The notes: generated from the letters alone by a model not told the origin. A DNA stretch of 64,000 nt from Anaeromyxobacter sp. (GCA_049840735.1 JASGJN010000006.1:34079-98078); one strand, 5' to 3'. Positions 21,464 to 31,414 are shown, counted from the stretch's first letter. A program made the numbers and translations.

Positions 21464-23075
21464 CTAGACCTGGAACCCGTTGGCGATGCCGGAGATGCGC
21501 GAGGCGGTGTCGGCCACCTGCTGCGCCGAGCGCTCCAGGGTGCGGATCCGTCCCAGCGTGTCCTCCATGCCGCGGTCGAGGTCGCGCATGGCGACGGCAA
21601 TCTGGCCGATGCCGGTGGACTGCTGCTGCACGGCGGAGGCGATGTGGAGCGCGGCGTCGCTGGTGTCGCGCACGATGGTGCCCAGCTCGCGGAGGCTCTC
21701 GGCGGAGGCGCGGATCTGGTCCAGCGAGTCGGCCATGCCGGCGCTGCCCTTCTCGGTCATCTCCAGGGTGGACTGCACCGCGGCGGTGATGTCCTGCACG
21801 ATGCGGCTGATGCGCCCGGCGCTCTGGCCCGAGGCCTCGGCCAGCGCGCGGACCTCGGAGGCCACCACCGCGAAGCCGCGGCCGGCCTCGCCGGCGCGGG
21901 CCGCCTCGATGGAGGCGTTGAGCGAGAGGACGTGCGACTGCGTGGCCAGGTCGCGGACCGTCTCGACGATGTCGCTCACCTGCCGGGCCTGGATGATGAG
22001 CCGGGTGGACTGGCCGGTGATGGCCTCCACCGAGGCCTGGATGCGCTGCAGCTCCTCGGCGCTGCGCTCGGCGGCGGACTGCCCCTCGGCGCTGCGCGCG
22101 GTGGCCTTGCGGGCCACCTCCAGCACCGAGGCGGCGCGGCTGGCGGCCAGCGAGGAGGTCTGCTCCAGCTGCCGGGTGGTGGTGCTGGTCTCCGCCACGC
22201 CGCTGGCCTGGCGCTCCAGGAGCGCGGTCTGGGCGCGGGTCATCTCGGAGAGGCGCTGGGCTGCGAAGGCCAGCTCGTTGGAGGAGCCCTTGAGCGTGCC
22301 CACGATGTCGCGCAGCCGCAGCTGCATCTTCTGGAAGCTGGCGGCCAGCATCCCGACCTCGTCGGCGCTGCCGGGCGGGACGTCGCGGGTCAGGTCGCCC
22401 TCGATGACCCGCTGGGCCACCGCGTTGAGCGAGAGCAGCGGGACCGCGGTGCGGCCGGAGAGCCACCAGGCCAGGGCCATGGCCACCAGGCCGCCGCCGA
22501 CCAGCAGCAGGAGCCCCTTGAAGATGGCCATGCGCTGCTGGCGCTGGGTGTCCTCCAGGCCCTCGCGCAGCTCGGCCCGGAAGCGGGTCGTCTCCTTGGC
22601 GAACTCGCCCTTGAGCGAGGTCACCAGGCCGTCGGCCTCCTTGGCCTGGGCCTTGATGGCGTCGCTGTCCTCGCCGGAGATCATCTGCGTCCCGGTGTTC
22701 TTGGCCAGGAAGTACCAGGCCTCGAGCCGTCGCTTCAGCTCCTCGGCCCGCTCGCTGCCGTAGAGCGCGACGCCGTCGTCCTGGGCCAGCAGCTTGTCGC
22801 CCAGGTCGTAGAGCAGGTCCTCCACCGCGGTGAAGCCGGAGGCGCTGCCCGAGGCCACCACCTCGCGCTCCCGGGCCTCCACGGCCCCCAGCGCCGCCTC
22901 GAACTCCTGGGCGCGGCTCAGGTGCGGCAGCCCGGTCTGCTCGAGCTGGTCGAGCGCGGACGCGGCCCGGCGCGTCAACGTCAGCGTCCAGCCCCCGGCC
23001 GCCACCGCGGCGGCCATGGCCAGCATCGCGGGGACCACGATCTTGCGCTGCACGGAGAAGAACGAGAATCCGCAT
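21464..23075 (-). CDS. Methyl-accepting chemotaxis protein, tandem paralogue (start uncertain: ATG 23075 with a 1-nt error, or GTG 23053)
   Basis: HAMP plus canonical tip LSLNASIEAARAGEAGRGFAVVASEVRALA. Confidence 0.92.
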
Positions 23076-23293
23076 GAGCACCCCACGCCCGGCTGGTCCT
23101 CACCGGCGCTGGCCGCGACGAGCGCCTGGGCCGGGCCACCGGGCGCGGGCGTGCGCCGGGCGGCTTCCCTCGGGACCACGCATGGTTGTACCAGAACCCG
23201 GACCCCCGGGGGACCACCCCGTGGCCCGGACGGCGGCCGGGGGCCGGTGTGCGTCCGGGGCGCACTCGAGGCCGGCCAGGCCAGGCCCGGGCC

Positions 23294-24820
23294 TCAGCCC
23301 TCCACCGTGAACCCGGCCCGCTCCAGCATCCCCTTGAGCTCGGCCTTGCCCACCGCCTTCATCAGGGCCTCGCGGGGCTCGACCAGCTTGCGCTTCACCA
23401 GGTCGAGCAGGGCGTCGTTCATCGTGCACATGCCCACCCCGCGCCCGGTCTGCATCACCGAGGGGATCTGGAACGTCTTCCCCTCGCGGATGAGGTTGGA
23501 GACGCCGCTGGTGCAGAGCAGGATCTCCAGGGCCGCCGCCCGCCCGCCGCCGATCTTCTTGCAGAGGGTCTGGGTGATGACGCCCTTGAGCGACTCGGAG
23601 AGCATCATGCGGATCTGCGCCTGGCGGTCGGCCGGGAACTGGTCGATGATCCGGTCCACGGTGGACGGGGCCGTGTTGGTGTGCAGCGTCCCGAACACCA
23701 GGTGGCCGGTCTCGGCCGTCTCGATGGCGATGGCGATGGTCTCGAGGTCGCGCAGCTCGCCCACCAGCACGATGTCCGGGTCCTCGCGCAGGGCCGCCCG
23801 GAGCGCCGCCTTGAAGCCGCTGGTGTGCACCCCCACCTCGCGCTGGTTCACCAGGCAGCGCTGGTTGGTGTGCACGAACTCGATGGGATCCTCGATGGTG
23901 ATGATGTGGTCGTCGCGCTTCTTGTTGACGTAGTCGATCATCGCCGCGAGCGTGGTGGACTTGCCCGAGCCGGTGGGCCCGGTCACCAGCACCAGCCCCT
24001 TCGTCAGCATGCAGAGGTCGAGCACCTGGGCGGACAGCCCCATGGCCTCGGCGGTCATGATCTTGCTGGGGATCTGGCGCAGCACGGCGCCGATGCCCTT
24101 GCGGTCGGCGAAGATGTTGACGCGGAAGCGCGCCGCCGAGGTCTCGTGGGCGAAGTCGGTGTCCTTGCGGGCGTGCCACTCCTCGCGGTTCTTCTCCGGC
24201 GCGATGGTCCAGAGCAGCTCCTTGAGCCGCTCGTGGGTGAGGGGGCCGTAGCTCGCCTCGGCCGTCATGTCGCCGTCCACGCGGAACATGGGCGGGCAGT
24301 CGGAGGAGAGGTGCAGGTCGGAGGCCCGGCGGGCCAGCATGGCCGTGAGCAGCGCGTCCAGCGCGCCGCGCGGGTCCTCCGGGTTGGGGATGGGCGAGGC
24401 GGTCGGGGCCGCGGCGGGTGCGGGAGTGGTGGCCGCGGCGGGTGCGGGAGTGGTGGCCGGGGCGGGCGCGGCGGCGGGCGCGGCCGGCGCGGGGGCCGCC
24501 GGGACGGCCGGGGCCGCCGCCGAGAGCGGCGTCACCACGGCCCGGGCCACGTCGCCGGAGATGTCCAGCCGGATCTCCACCGGGCCGCCGGGGGCGGCGT
24601 AGCGGAACGCGGAGAGGCCGGCGCGCGGGTAGCCGGCCTTCTGGTCGGCCGGGACGATCTCGCCGCAGGCGCTGACGATCTGGGCGGTGGTGAGCGGCTG
24701 GCGCAGCAGGGCCACGGGACCGCGGGCGGTGATGACGGTGGCGCCGGAGCCGGTCTCGAGCCGCAGCTCGCGGGCCGCCTCGGCGAAGAGCCGGTCGATG
24801 AACGGGTCGATGCGGGCCAT
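23294..24820 (-). CDS. pilT: PilT-family type IV pilus retraction ATPase with an extra N-terminal domain and Ala/Pro linker
   Basis: ASDLHL, GPTGSGKSTT, TIEDPIE, LREDPD..LVGELRD, ETGHLVFGTLHT, VSNLIREGK. Confidence 0.92.
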   Translation of the reverse strand: MARIDPFIDRLFAEAARELRLETGSGATVITARGPVALLRQPLTTAQIVSACGEIVPADQKAGYPRAGLSAFRYAAPGGPVEIRLDISGDVARAVVTPLSAAAPAVPAAPAPAAPAAAPAPATTPAPAAATTPAPAAAPTASPIPNPEDPRGALDALLTAMLARRASDLHLSSDCPPMFRVDGDMTAEASYGPLTHERLKELLWTIAPEKNREEWHARKDTDFAHETSAARFRVNIFADRKGIGAVLRQIPSKIMTAEAMGLSAQVLDLCMLTKGLVLVTGPTGSGKSTTLAAMIDYVNKKRDDHIITIEDPIEFVHTNQRCLVNQREVGVHTSGFKAALRAALREDPDIVLVGELRDLETIAIAIETAETGHLVFGTLHTNTAPSTVDRIIDQFPADRQAQIRMMLSESLKGVITQTLCKKIGGGRAAALEILLCTSGVSNLIREGKTFQIPSVMQTGRGVGMCTMNDALLDLVKRKLVEPREALMKAVGKAELKGMLERAGFTVEG

Positions 24821-24821
24821 G

Positions 24822-25292
24822 TCAGCGCGCCACCAGCGCCACGCGGGCCACGTGCCGCTTGCCGATCAGGGCCACCTGGTCGCCCTCGATCAGCGCGAAG
24901 AAGGGCGCGGGCTCGTTGAGGAAGTCGAGCAGGCGGGAGCGGTCCGGGGGCCGGAGGTAGCTCACCAGGCCGGCCAGCTGGGCGCCGTCGGCCAGGTGGA
25001 CCTCCACCTCGTGCTCGGTGGGGAGGGTGAGGTCCTCGGGGTCGGTGGCCTCGGCCGAGGCCGGGACCCGCAGCAGGGCGATGGCGCCCCGGTGCAGGAA
25101 GGTCATGGTCTGGGCGTCCTCGTCGAAGGCCGGCAGGAACTCGTGCCGGTCGTTCAGGACGTCGCTGGGGCGCTCGGGGCCGGCGTGATCGAGCGCAGCT
25201 TCGGCCAGGAACAGCGCCACGCGGCGGACGGCGCCCCCGGCCAGGCGGACCTCGGCCGAGACACGGTGCTTGGGGATGCGCAGGGTTTCCAC
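24822..25292 (-). CDS. Hypothetical protein made of two internally repeated ~70-aa beta-rich units
   Basis: EVRLAGG..RPSDVLN..EFLP..FLHRGAIALL versus EVHLADG..RLLDFLN..PFFA..LIGKRHVARV; stop is 1 nt before the pilT ATG. Confidence 0.8.
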   Translation of the reverse strand: METLRIPKHRVSAEVRLAGGAVRRVALFLAEAALDHAGPERPSDVLNDRHEFLPAFDEDAQTMTFLHRGAIALLRVPASAEATDPEDLTLPTEHEVEVHLADGAQLAGLVSYLRPPDRSRLLDFLNEPAPFFALIEGDQVALIGKRHVARVALVAR

Positions 25293-25463
25293 GATCGCAC
25301 CGCCGGTGCAGGCCCCGTGCCGTGGGTCCGGGGCGGTCCAGGCCCGCCGGGCCAGCGGGTTGCGGCGGTCCCGGGCGCCGGGCCCGGGCCACCCGGGGTG
25401 GGGGTGAACCCCGTCCCCCTGGCGCCCGGGCTGGCTAGGGGGCAGAATCCCACCGCTCGCGCC

Positions 25464-26577
25464 ATGGCCCGCAACGTCCGCTACGACCTCTTCGGCGCCG
25501 TCATCGGCCTCGGCCTGCCCGTGCTCGGGTCGGCCCTGGAAGCCTGGCGCGTCCACCACGCGCTGACGCCGGGCGCGCTCTGGGACGTGCACCTCGACCA
25601 GCCGCTGCTCTGGATCATGGACACCACGCCGCTGGTGCTGGCGGTGCTGGGCCGGATCATCATGGTGCAGCACGAGACGGTGGTCCGGCAGAAGGACGAG
25701 CTCTACGCCAAGAGCCAGGAGATCGTCCGGCTGGAGCAGGCCCGGCGCGAGAGCTTCGACCGGACCGCCCGCGAGGTCTTCCACGCCGCCCAGGGGCTCC
25801 TGGGCAACGTCTCCGAGTTCACCAAGAGCACCGAGGAGACGGCGGCCACGGTCCGCGAGACCACCGCCACCATCAACCAGCTCTCGCAGGCCGCCACGGC
25901 CGCGGCCCTCACCGCCGAGACGGTGATCGGCCTGGCGCTGCAGGCCGAGCGGTCCAGCGAGCAGGGGCTGCGCCACGCCGAGAACTCCAGCGCCGAGCTG
26001 CTGCGCCTGGCCGACGAGGTCCAGCAGCTCTCGCAGGAAGATCGAGGGGCTCTCGGCGCAGATGGCGGAGGTGCTGGGGCTGGCCGGGGTGGTGGGCCGG
26101 GTGTCGGACTGGACCGAGCGCGTGGCGGACGAGGCCCACCGCGCCGCGGAGCAGTCGGGGCCGGCCAGCGGCGAGCTGCAGCGGATTGCCGCCGAGCTGC
26201 GGGGCCACGCCGACGAGACCCGCCGCACGGCGGCCCAGGCGCGCGACACGGCGGTGGAGGTCCAGCGGAACATGCAGGCCGCCACCACGGCCGCCCGCGC
26301 CGGCGGCGATCGGGCCTCCCAGGGCGCCCGGGTGGCGGCGCGCACCGGCGAGATCATCCGCGGGCTGTCGGTCTCCCTGCGCGAGTCCTCCCGGGCGGCC
26401 CGCGAGATCGCCCGGGTGGCCCAGCAGCAGGAGGGCGGGATCGAGCAGGTGCTCAAGGCCATGAACGAGATCAACCACGCCACCGCCGACACGGTCCGGT
26501 CCACCCAGCACGTCGAGAAGGAGGCCCGGTCGCTCAACGACCTGGCCGCGTCGCTGCGGGACGCCGTGAAGGCCTGA
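25464..26577 (+). CDS. Atypical MCP-like protein (2 TM, no HAMP, degenerate tip; frameshift at ~26036)
   Basis: ETAATVRETTATINQL and QQQEGGIEQVLKAMNEI methylation-type helices; no LNAAIEAARAG. Confidence 0.8.
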
Positions 26578-26795
26578 CCCGCCGGGCCTGCCGCACGCAC
26601 GCCTGCCTACCCGCCCGCCGGGCGCCGCGGGGGAGCACCGTCCCTCGCTCGCGGGGCCGACGCACGGTGCGGGGCCGCATACACTCGGGGTCACGCAGCG
26701 CGCCCACGAGGTGCGGGCAGGTGGGATGACGGAACTGGTCCGCGCCCCCGGCCTGATCCACAATCGCCTGGACCGCAGCGCCCGGAGCCCGAACC

Positions 26796-27857
26796 ATGAC
26801 CCACCAGCAGAAGTACGCCTTGTACGGGGCCGCAGCCGGCTTCGCGTTCCCGATCCTCGGCACGGTGTTGGTGTCGCTCGAGCGCACCCACGGCGTGAGC
26901 CTGGAGGGCGTGCGCATCGCCTGGCAGACGCCGCTGCTCTGGCTGGTCGGGATCGTGCCCATCTTCCTGGCCGTGTTCGCCTGGATTGGCGGCCTGCGCC
27001 ACGACGAGGCGGTGGCCAGCGAGGAGGCGCGGCGCGACGCGCTGCTGAAGACCGCCTCCGAGCTCTTCGCCGCGGCCCAGTCGCTCCTCTCGACCGTCTC
27101 CTCCTTCTCCTCCACCACCGCCGAGACGGCGGCCTCGGTCCGCGAGACCACCGCCACCATGGGCCAGCTGGGCCACACCGCCACCCAGGCGGCGCTCACG
27201 GCCGAGACGGTGATCGGACTGGCGCGCAAGGGCGAGCGGGTCTCGAAGGAGGGCCTCTCCACCGTGGAGACGAGCCTGGCCGAGATGATGAAGCTGGCCG
27301 ACGAGGTGCGGGCCCTCTCGAACAAGATCGAGGGGCTCAACACCCGCATGCGCGACATCTTCGAGATCGCCTCGGTGGTGAACTACATCGCCGACCGCTC
27401 GCAGCGGCTGGCCGACCACGCCGCCACCGAGGCGGCCAAGGCCGCGGTCCGCGGGTTCAACGACGTGGTGACCGAGATGCGCGCCCACGCCGACGACGCC
27501 AAGAAGGCCTCCTCGCAGGTGAAGGGGATCCTCTCCGAGGTGCACAAGGCCATGCTCTCGGCCATGACCGCGGCCGAGGTGGGCATCCGGCGCGCCGAGC
27601 AGGGCGCGCAGGTGGCCGCCGGCACAGGCGAGACCATCCGCAAGCTGGCCAACGCGCTGCAGGAGTCCTCGCAGGCGGCCAAGGAGATCGCCACCGTGGC
27701 CCAACAGCAGGACCACGGCATCGACCAGGTGCTCAAGGCGATGAACGAGATCTACCTGGCCACGCAGGAGACCATGTCCTCCACGCAGTCGGTGGCCACC
27801 GAGGCCAAGGCGCTGAACGACCTGGCCTCCGGGCTGAAGCGCGCCGTCGGGGCCTGA
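26796..27857 (+). CDS. Atypical MCP-like protein (2 TM, no HAMP, shortened degenerate tip)
   Basis: ETAASVRETTATMGQL, tip IADRSQRLADHAATEAAKAAVRGFNDVVTEMR, QQQDHGIDQVLKAMNEI. Confidence 0.88.
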   Translation: MTHQQKYALYGAAAGFAFPILGTVLVSLERTHGVSLEGVRIAWQTPLLWLVGIVPIFLAVFAWIGGLRHDEAVASEEARRDALLKTASELFAAAQSLLSTVSSFSSTTAETAASVRETTATMGQLGHTATQAALTAETVIGLARKGERVSKEGLSTVETSLAEMMKLADEVRALSNKIEGLNTRMRDIFEIASVVNYIADRSQRLADHAATEAAKAAVRGFNDVVTEMRAHADDAKKASSQVKGILSEVHKAMLSAMTAAEVGIRRAEQGAQVAAGTGETIRKLANALQESSQAAKEIATVAQQQDHGIDQVLKAMNEIYLATQETMSSTQSVATEAKALNDLASGLKRAVGA

Positions 27858-27930
27858 CCGTTCGGGCCGGCGGACCGCGGCCTTCGGGCGGCGCTCCGCC
27901 GCGCCAGCGACCGGGCGCGGAGTCGAAGGA
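27858..27930 (+). repeat. Degenerate REP-like stem-loop between convergent genes
   Basis: Starts CCGTTCGGG and ends GCGGAGTCGAAG like the elements at 13969 and 41225; the interior has diverged. Confidence 0.45.
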
Positions 27931-27944
27931 CAGGGCAGGCCCCC

Positions 27945-28382
27945 TCACCGCCGCCGCTTCGCCGCCTCGAACAGCACCTCGGCCCGGCCGGTGGCGCCGT
28001 CGTGGCGCTCCACGTGCTCGGGGAGGACGCGCAGCAGGGCCACCTCGCCCGGCGCGGGGCCGCCGGGGAACCAGCGGGTCCAGGACGGATCCCACAGCTC
28101 GGCCATCAGCTTCTTGTCGCGGATGACCTCGCCGGTGCCGGACACGGTGACGGTGGTGCCGGCCGAGGCGTCGAAGAAGACCAGCGCGCAGCGCGGGTCG
28201 GCGTCCAGCTCGCGGCACTTGGCCGAGTCGGGCGCGGTGGCGAACCAGATCTCCTCGCCACGCACCTCGTGGCGCATGGCCATGGGGCGGCAGCGCAGCG
28301 GGCCGCCCTCGGCGCAGGTGACCAGGAGCGCGGTGCGGAAGCGGGAGAGGAGCGGGCCGAGGGCGCCGGGATCGGTGGGCAC
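27945..28382 (-). CDS. Pyridoxamine 5'-phosphate oxidase-like / general stress protein 26 family
   Basis: LRCRPMA, IWFAT..DSAK..EL.ADP, VTVSGTG, LWDPSWTRWFPGG. Confidence 0.85.
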   Translation of the reverse strand: MPTDPGALGPLLSRFRTALLVTCAEGGPLRCRPMAMRHEVRGEEIWFATAPDSAKCRELDADPRCALVFFDASAGTTVTVSGTGEVIRDKKLMAELWDPSWTRWFPGGPAPGEVALLRVLPEHVERHDGATGRAEVLFEAAKRRR

Positions 28383-28390
28383 GGCGGGCC

Positions 28391-29035
28391 TCAGCGGTCG
28401 GTCCACTTCGTGTGCGCGAGCCAGGCGCGGACGGACGGGCGCTGGAAGACGCGCCCGGCGTACTCGGCCAGGCGCGCCGGGACCGGATCGCCGCCGTGGA
28501 CCAGCCGCTGGAGCATCAGCGCCAGGTCGGCGTCGGCGATGCCGAACGCCTGGCCCGCCAGGTAGGGCTGGCCGGCGGGCAGGAAGCGGCCGGCGACCTG
28601 CACCAGGCGGTCGGCGGCGGCCTGGCCGGCGGCGGTGAAGGGCCTCGCGGCCGCGCCGGCGAAGAGGGTGTCGGTGGAGCGCTCCTCGCGGACCGGCATG
28701 GCGTCGCTGCGCACGAAGGCCTGCACCATGCGGGCGCGGGCCCGGGCCTGCGCGTCGCCGGGGTAGAGGCGGGCGTGGGCGGGCGGCGGGAAGGCCTCCT
28801 CGAGGTACTCGTCGATGGCGGAGGACTCGGCCAGCCAGAAGTCGCCGTGGCGCAGGGCGGGGATGCGGCCGGTGAAGGACGCGCCCTGGTACTCCGGGAG
28901 GTGGTGCTGCCCGGCGCGCAGGTCCACCTCGACCGTGCGGAAGGGCAGGCCCTTCTCGGTGAGCGCCACGAAGACGGAGAACGCGTAGGGGCTGGTCCAG
29001 CCGGTGTTGAGGTGCAGCAGGAGCTCGTCGGCCAT
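28391..29035 (-). CDS. yfcF: Glutathione S-transferase (YfcF-like)
   Basis: SPYAFSVFVALTEKGL, LAESSAIDEYLEE, RARARMVQAFVRSD, IADADLALML. Confidence 0.85.
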   Translation of the reverse strand: MADELLLHLNTGWTSPYAFSVFVALTEKGLPFRTVEVDLRAGQHHLPEYQGASFTGRIPALRHGDFWLAESSAIDEYLEEAFPPPAHARLYPGDAQARARARMVQAFVRSDAMPVREERSTDTLFAGAAARPFTAAGQAAADRLVQVAGRFLPAGQPYLAGQAFGIADADLALMLQRLVHGGDPVPARLAEYAGRVFQRPSVRAWLAHTKWTDR

Positions 29036-29179
29036 GGATCGCTCTTACCGCCTGGCCGGGGCGGGCGCAACGCGGCGCGCGGGGCGTGGGCGCGCGGGCC
29101 TGGGACCCGTGACTGCGCGTCGCAGCCCGGCCCGCCGCGCCGGACGGGGTCACCGTCCGGCGGGCGGGAGGAGGCGTCG

Positions 29180-30194
29180 CTACGGGGTGGCGGGCGCGCC
29201 CGGGGCGGCCGGCGGCGGCGGCTTCACCTCGAGCAGCTCCACGTCGAAGGTGAGGACCGCGTTGCCGGGGATCATGGGCGGGGAGCCGCGCTCGCCGTAG
29301 GCGGTCTCGGACGGGCAGACGATGCGCGCCTTGGCGCCGACCTTCAGCTTCTGGAAGGCCTGGCCCCAGCACGGGACCACGCGGTTGAGCGGGAACTCGG
29401 CCGGCTGGCCACGCGAGCGGGAGGAGTCGAAGACGCTGCCGTCCACCAGCGTGCCGACGTAGTGGACCTTGACGACGTCGGTCGCGCCGGGCGCCGCGCC
29501 GGTGCCGGCGGTCTGGGTGATCACCACCACGCCGCTGGGGAGCTTCTCGGCCCCCTTCTCCTTGGCCGCCTTGTCCAGGTAGCTCGTGCCGCGGGCGGCC
29601 TCCTTCTTGGCGCCGGCCGCCTGGCGGGCGTTGACGAAGTCGCTCACCAGCTTGGCGTTGGCCTCGTTGCGCTCCAGCGCGTCCTTGCCGGAGGCGCCGC
29701 CGCGGATGCCGGCCAGGACCTTGTCCAGCTCGGGCGGCGAGAGCGCCAGCGGCTTCAGCGACTCGGCCACCGAGAGGCCGATGATGTTGAGCGCCTTCTC
29801 CTGGTCGGCCTTGGACTGCGGCGGAGCGGGCGGGGTGCCGGGCTGGGGGTTGGGGTTGCGGGAGCTGCTGAACGCGCTCAGCACCTTGAAGGTGGGCTCG
29901 TCGCGGGTCAGGGTCTGCTTGCCGGCGGCGCCGGCGCGGATCCCGGTGAGGACCTTGTCCAGCTCGGCGGGCGAGAAGCTTCAGCGTCTTGAACGACTCG
30001 GCGATGGTGAGGCCGATGAGCTTCAGGGCCTTGCCCTGATCCGCGGCGGACTGCGCAGCCGGGGCGGCGGGCGCGGCCGGCTTGGCCGGGGTCGCGGGCG
30101 CTGCCGGCTTGGCCGGGGCCGCGCCGTTCTGGGCGGCGGCGGTCCCGGCGGCGAGCGCCAGGGCCAAGGCCACGGCGAGGGAGGGCTTGCTCAT
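29180..30194 (-). CDS. Secreted FKBP-type peptidyl-prolyl isomerase with a duplicated N-terminal domain (frameshift at ~29980)
   Basis: Signal peptide; VKVHYVGTLVDGSVFDSS, AYGERG..PMIPGNAVLTFDVELL. Confidence 0.88.
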
Positions 30195-31414
30195 GGGGTG
30201 TTTCCTTTCTCGACCGGCGCTGTCGGGGCCGGAGCCGGCTGTGCTGCGGTGTCGGAGGGCGGGCTGGACGAGGCGTCCAGCGCGTCCTGCTTTCGGTGGA
30301 GGAAGCGGAAGACGGCCACGAAGATGCTCATCACCGGGACCGCCAGGAGCGCGCCGGGGATCCCGGCGCCCTGCTCGCCCGCCACCAGGGCCAGGACGAT
30401 CAGCACCGGGTCGATCTTCGAAGCGGTCCCCATGATCTTGGGGTTGAGGAAGTACGCCTCGAGCGCGTGGATGCCGCCAATCCAGCCCAGCGCCAGCAGC
30501 GCCCGGCCCGGCCCGCCGGCCACCAGGGCCACCAGGATGATGGGGATGGAGGAGAGGACGGTGCCGAAGATGGGGACCACGTAGAGGACGGTGGCGAGCA
30601 GGGCCAGGGCGAAGGCGAACGGCACCTTGAGGACCACCAGGCCGACGAGCGTGAGCAGCCCGTTCACCAGCATGATGGTCAGCTGCCCGCGGACCACGCC
30701 GGCGAGGCCGGCGTCGATCCCGTGGAGCAGGCGGCGCCAGTCCGGCCGCAGCGTCCGCGGGACCAGGCCGTCGAAGAAGCGCAGGATGCGCGGCGCGTCC
30801 ATGGACATGAACGCGGTCAGCATGAAGAGCAGGAAGACGAAGAAGATGGCCCGGAACGCGCCGGAGAGCAGGAGGCGGGTGAACTCCACCACGTCGCCCA
30901 CCCGCCCGCGCAGCCCGGCGGAGAGGTCGTGCAGGGCGCCGGCGATGCCCGCGGCCAGGTCCACCGTCAGCCGGGCGCCCGGCGTCCCGTCGCCCGGGAC
31001 GACGTCGATGGGGACCCCGTAGCGCTGCAGGAAGGCGTCGATCTGGTGCGCCCAGTCGTCGATCCGCTCCGGGGTGACGCCGGCCAGGAAGTCGCGCAGC
31101 TCCTGGAGCGCCCGGACCGACTCGCGGTAGGCCTGGGGCACGATGGAGATGGCCAGCAGCCACCCCACCAGCGCCAGCACCGCGTAGACCACCAGCACCG
31201 CGACCCAGCGCGGCACCGGGCGCCCGCCCAGCCGCAGCCGGGAGAGGCGCACGATCACCGGGTCGATGACGTAGGCCAGCAGCGCGGCCAGGACGAACGG
31301 CAGCAGGACCGCGCGGGCGGCCACGCCCACCGTCACGACCAGCAGCCAGAGCACGACCGTGAGGGCCACGAGCTGCGCGCGCGGGCGGCGCCAGATGGGG
31401 ACGGCGGGCGGCAT
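30191..31414 (-). CDS. AI-2E family transporter
   Basis: PFVLAALLAYVIDP, VVRGQL, VPIFG, LEAYFLNPKIMG, GALLAVP. Confidence 0.9.
   Translation of the reverse strand: MPPAVPIWRRPRAQLVALTVVLWLLVVTVGVAARAVLLPFVLAALLAYVIDPVIVRLSRLRLGGRPVPRWVAVLVVYAVLALVGWLLAISIVPQAYRESVRALQELRDFLAGVTPERIDDWAHQIDAFLQRYGVPIDVVPGDGTPGARLTVDLAAGIAGALHDLSAGLRGRVGDVVEFTRLLLSGAFRAIFFVFLLFMLTAFMSMDAPRILRFFDGLVPRTLRPDWRRLLHGIDAGLAGVVRGQLTIMLVNGLLTLVGLVVLKVPFAFALALLATVLYVVPIFGTVLSSIPIILVALVAGGPGRALLALGWIGGIHALEAYFLNPKIMGTASKIDPVLIVLALVAGEQGAGIPGALLAVPVMSIFVAVFRFLHRKQDALDASSSPPSDTAAQPAPAPTAPVEKGNTP

Noticed and set aside
24408..24458. 24-bp direct repeat as a mobile-element scar
   Set aside because: It is an in-frame duplication in the PilT Ala/Pro linker, i.e. 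ordinary linker slippage
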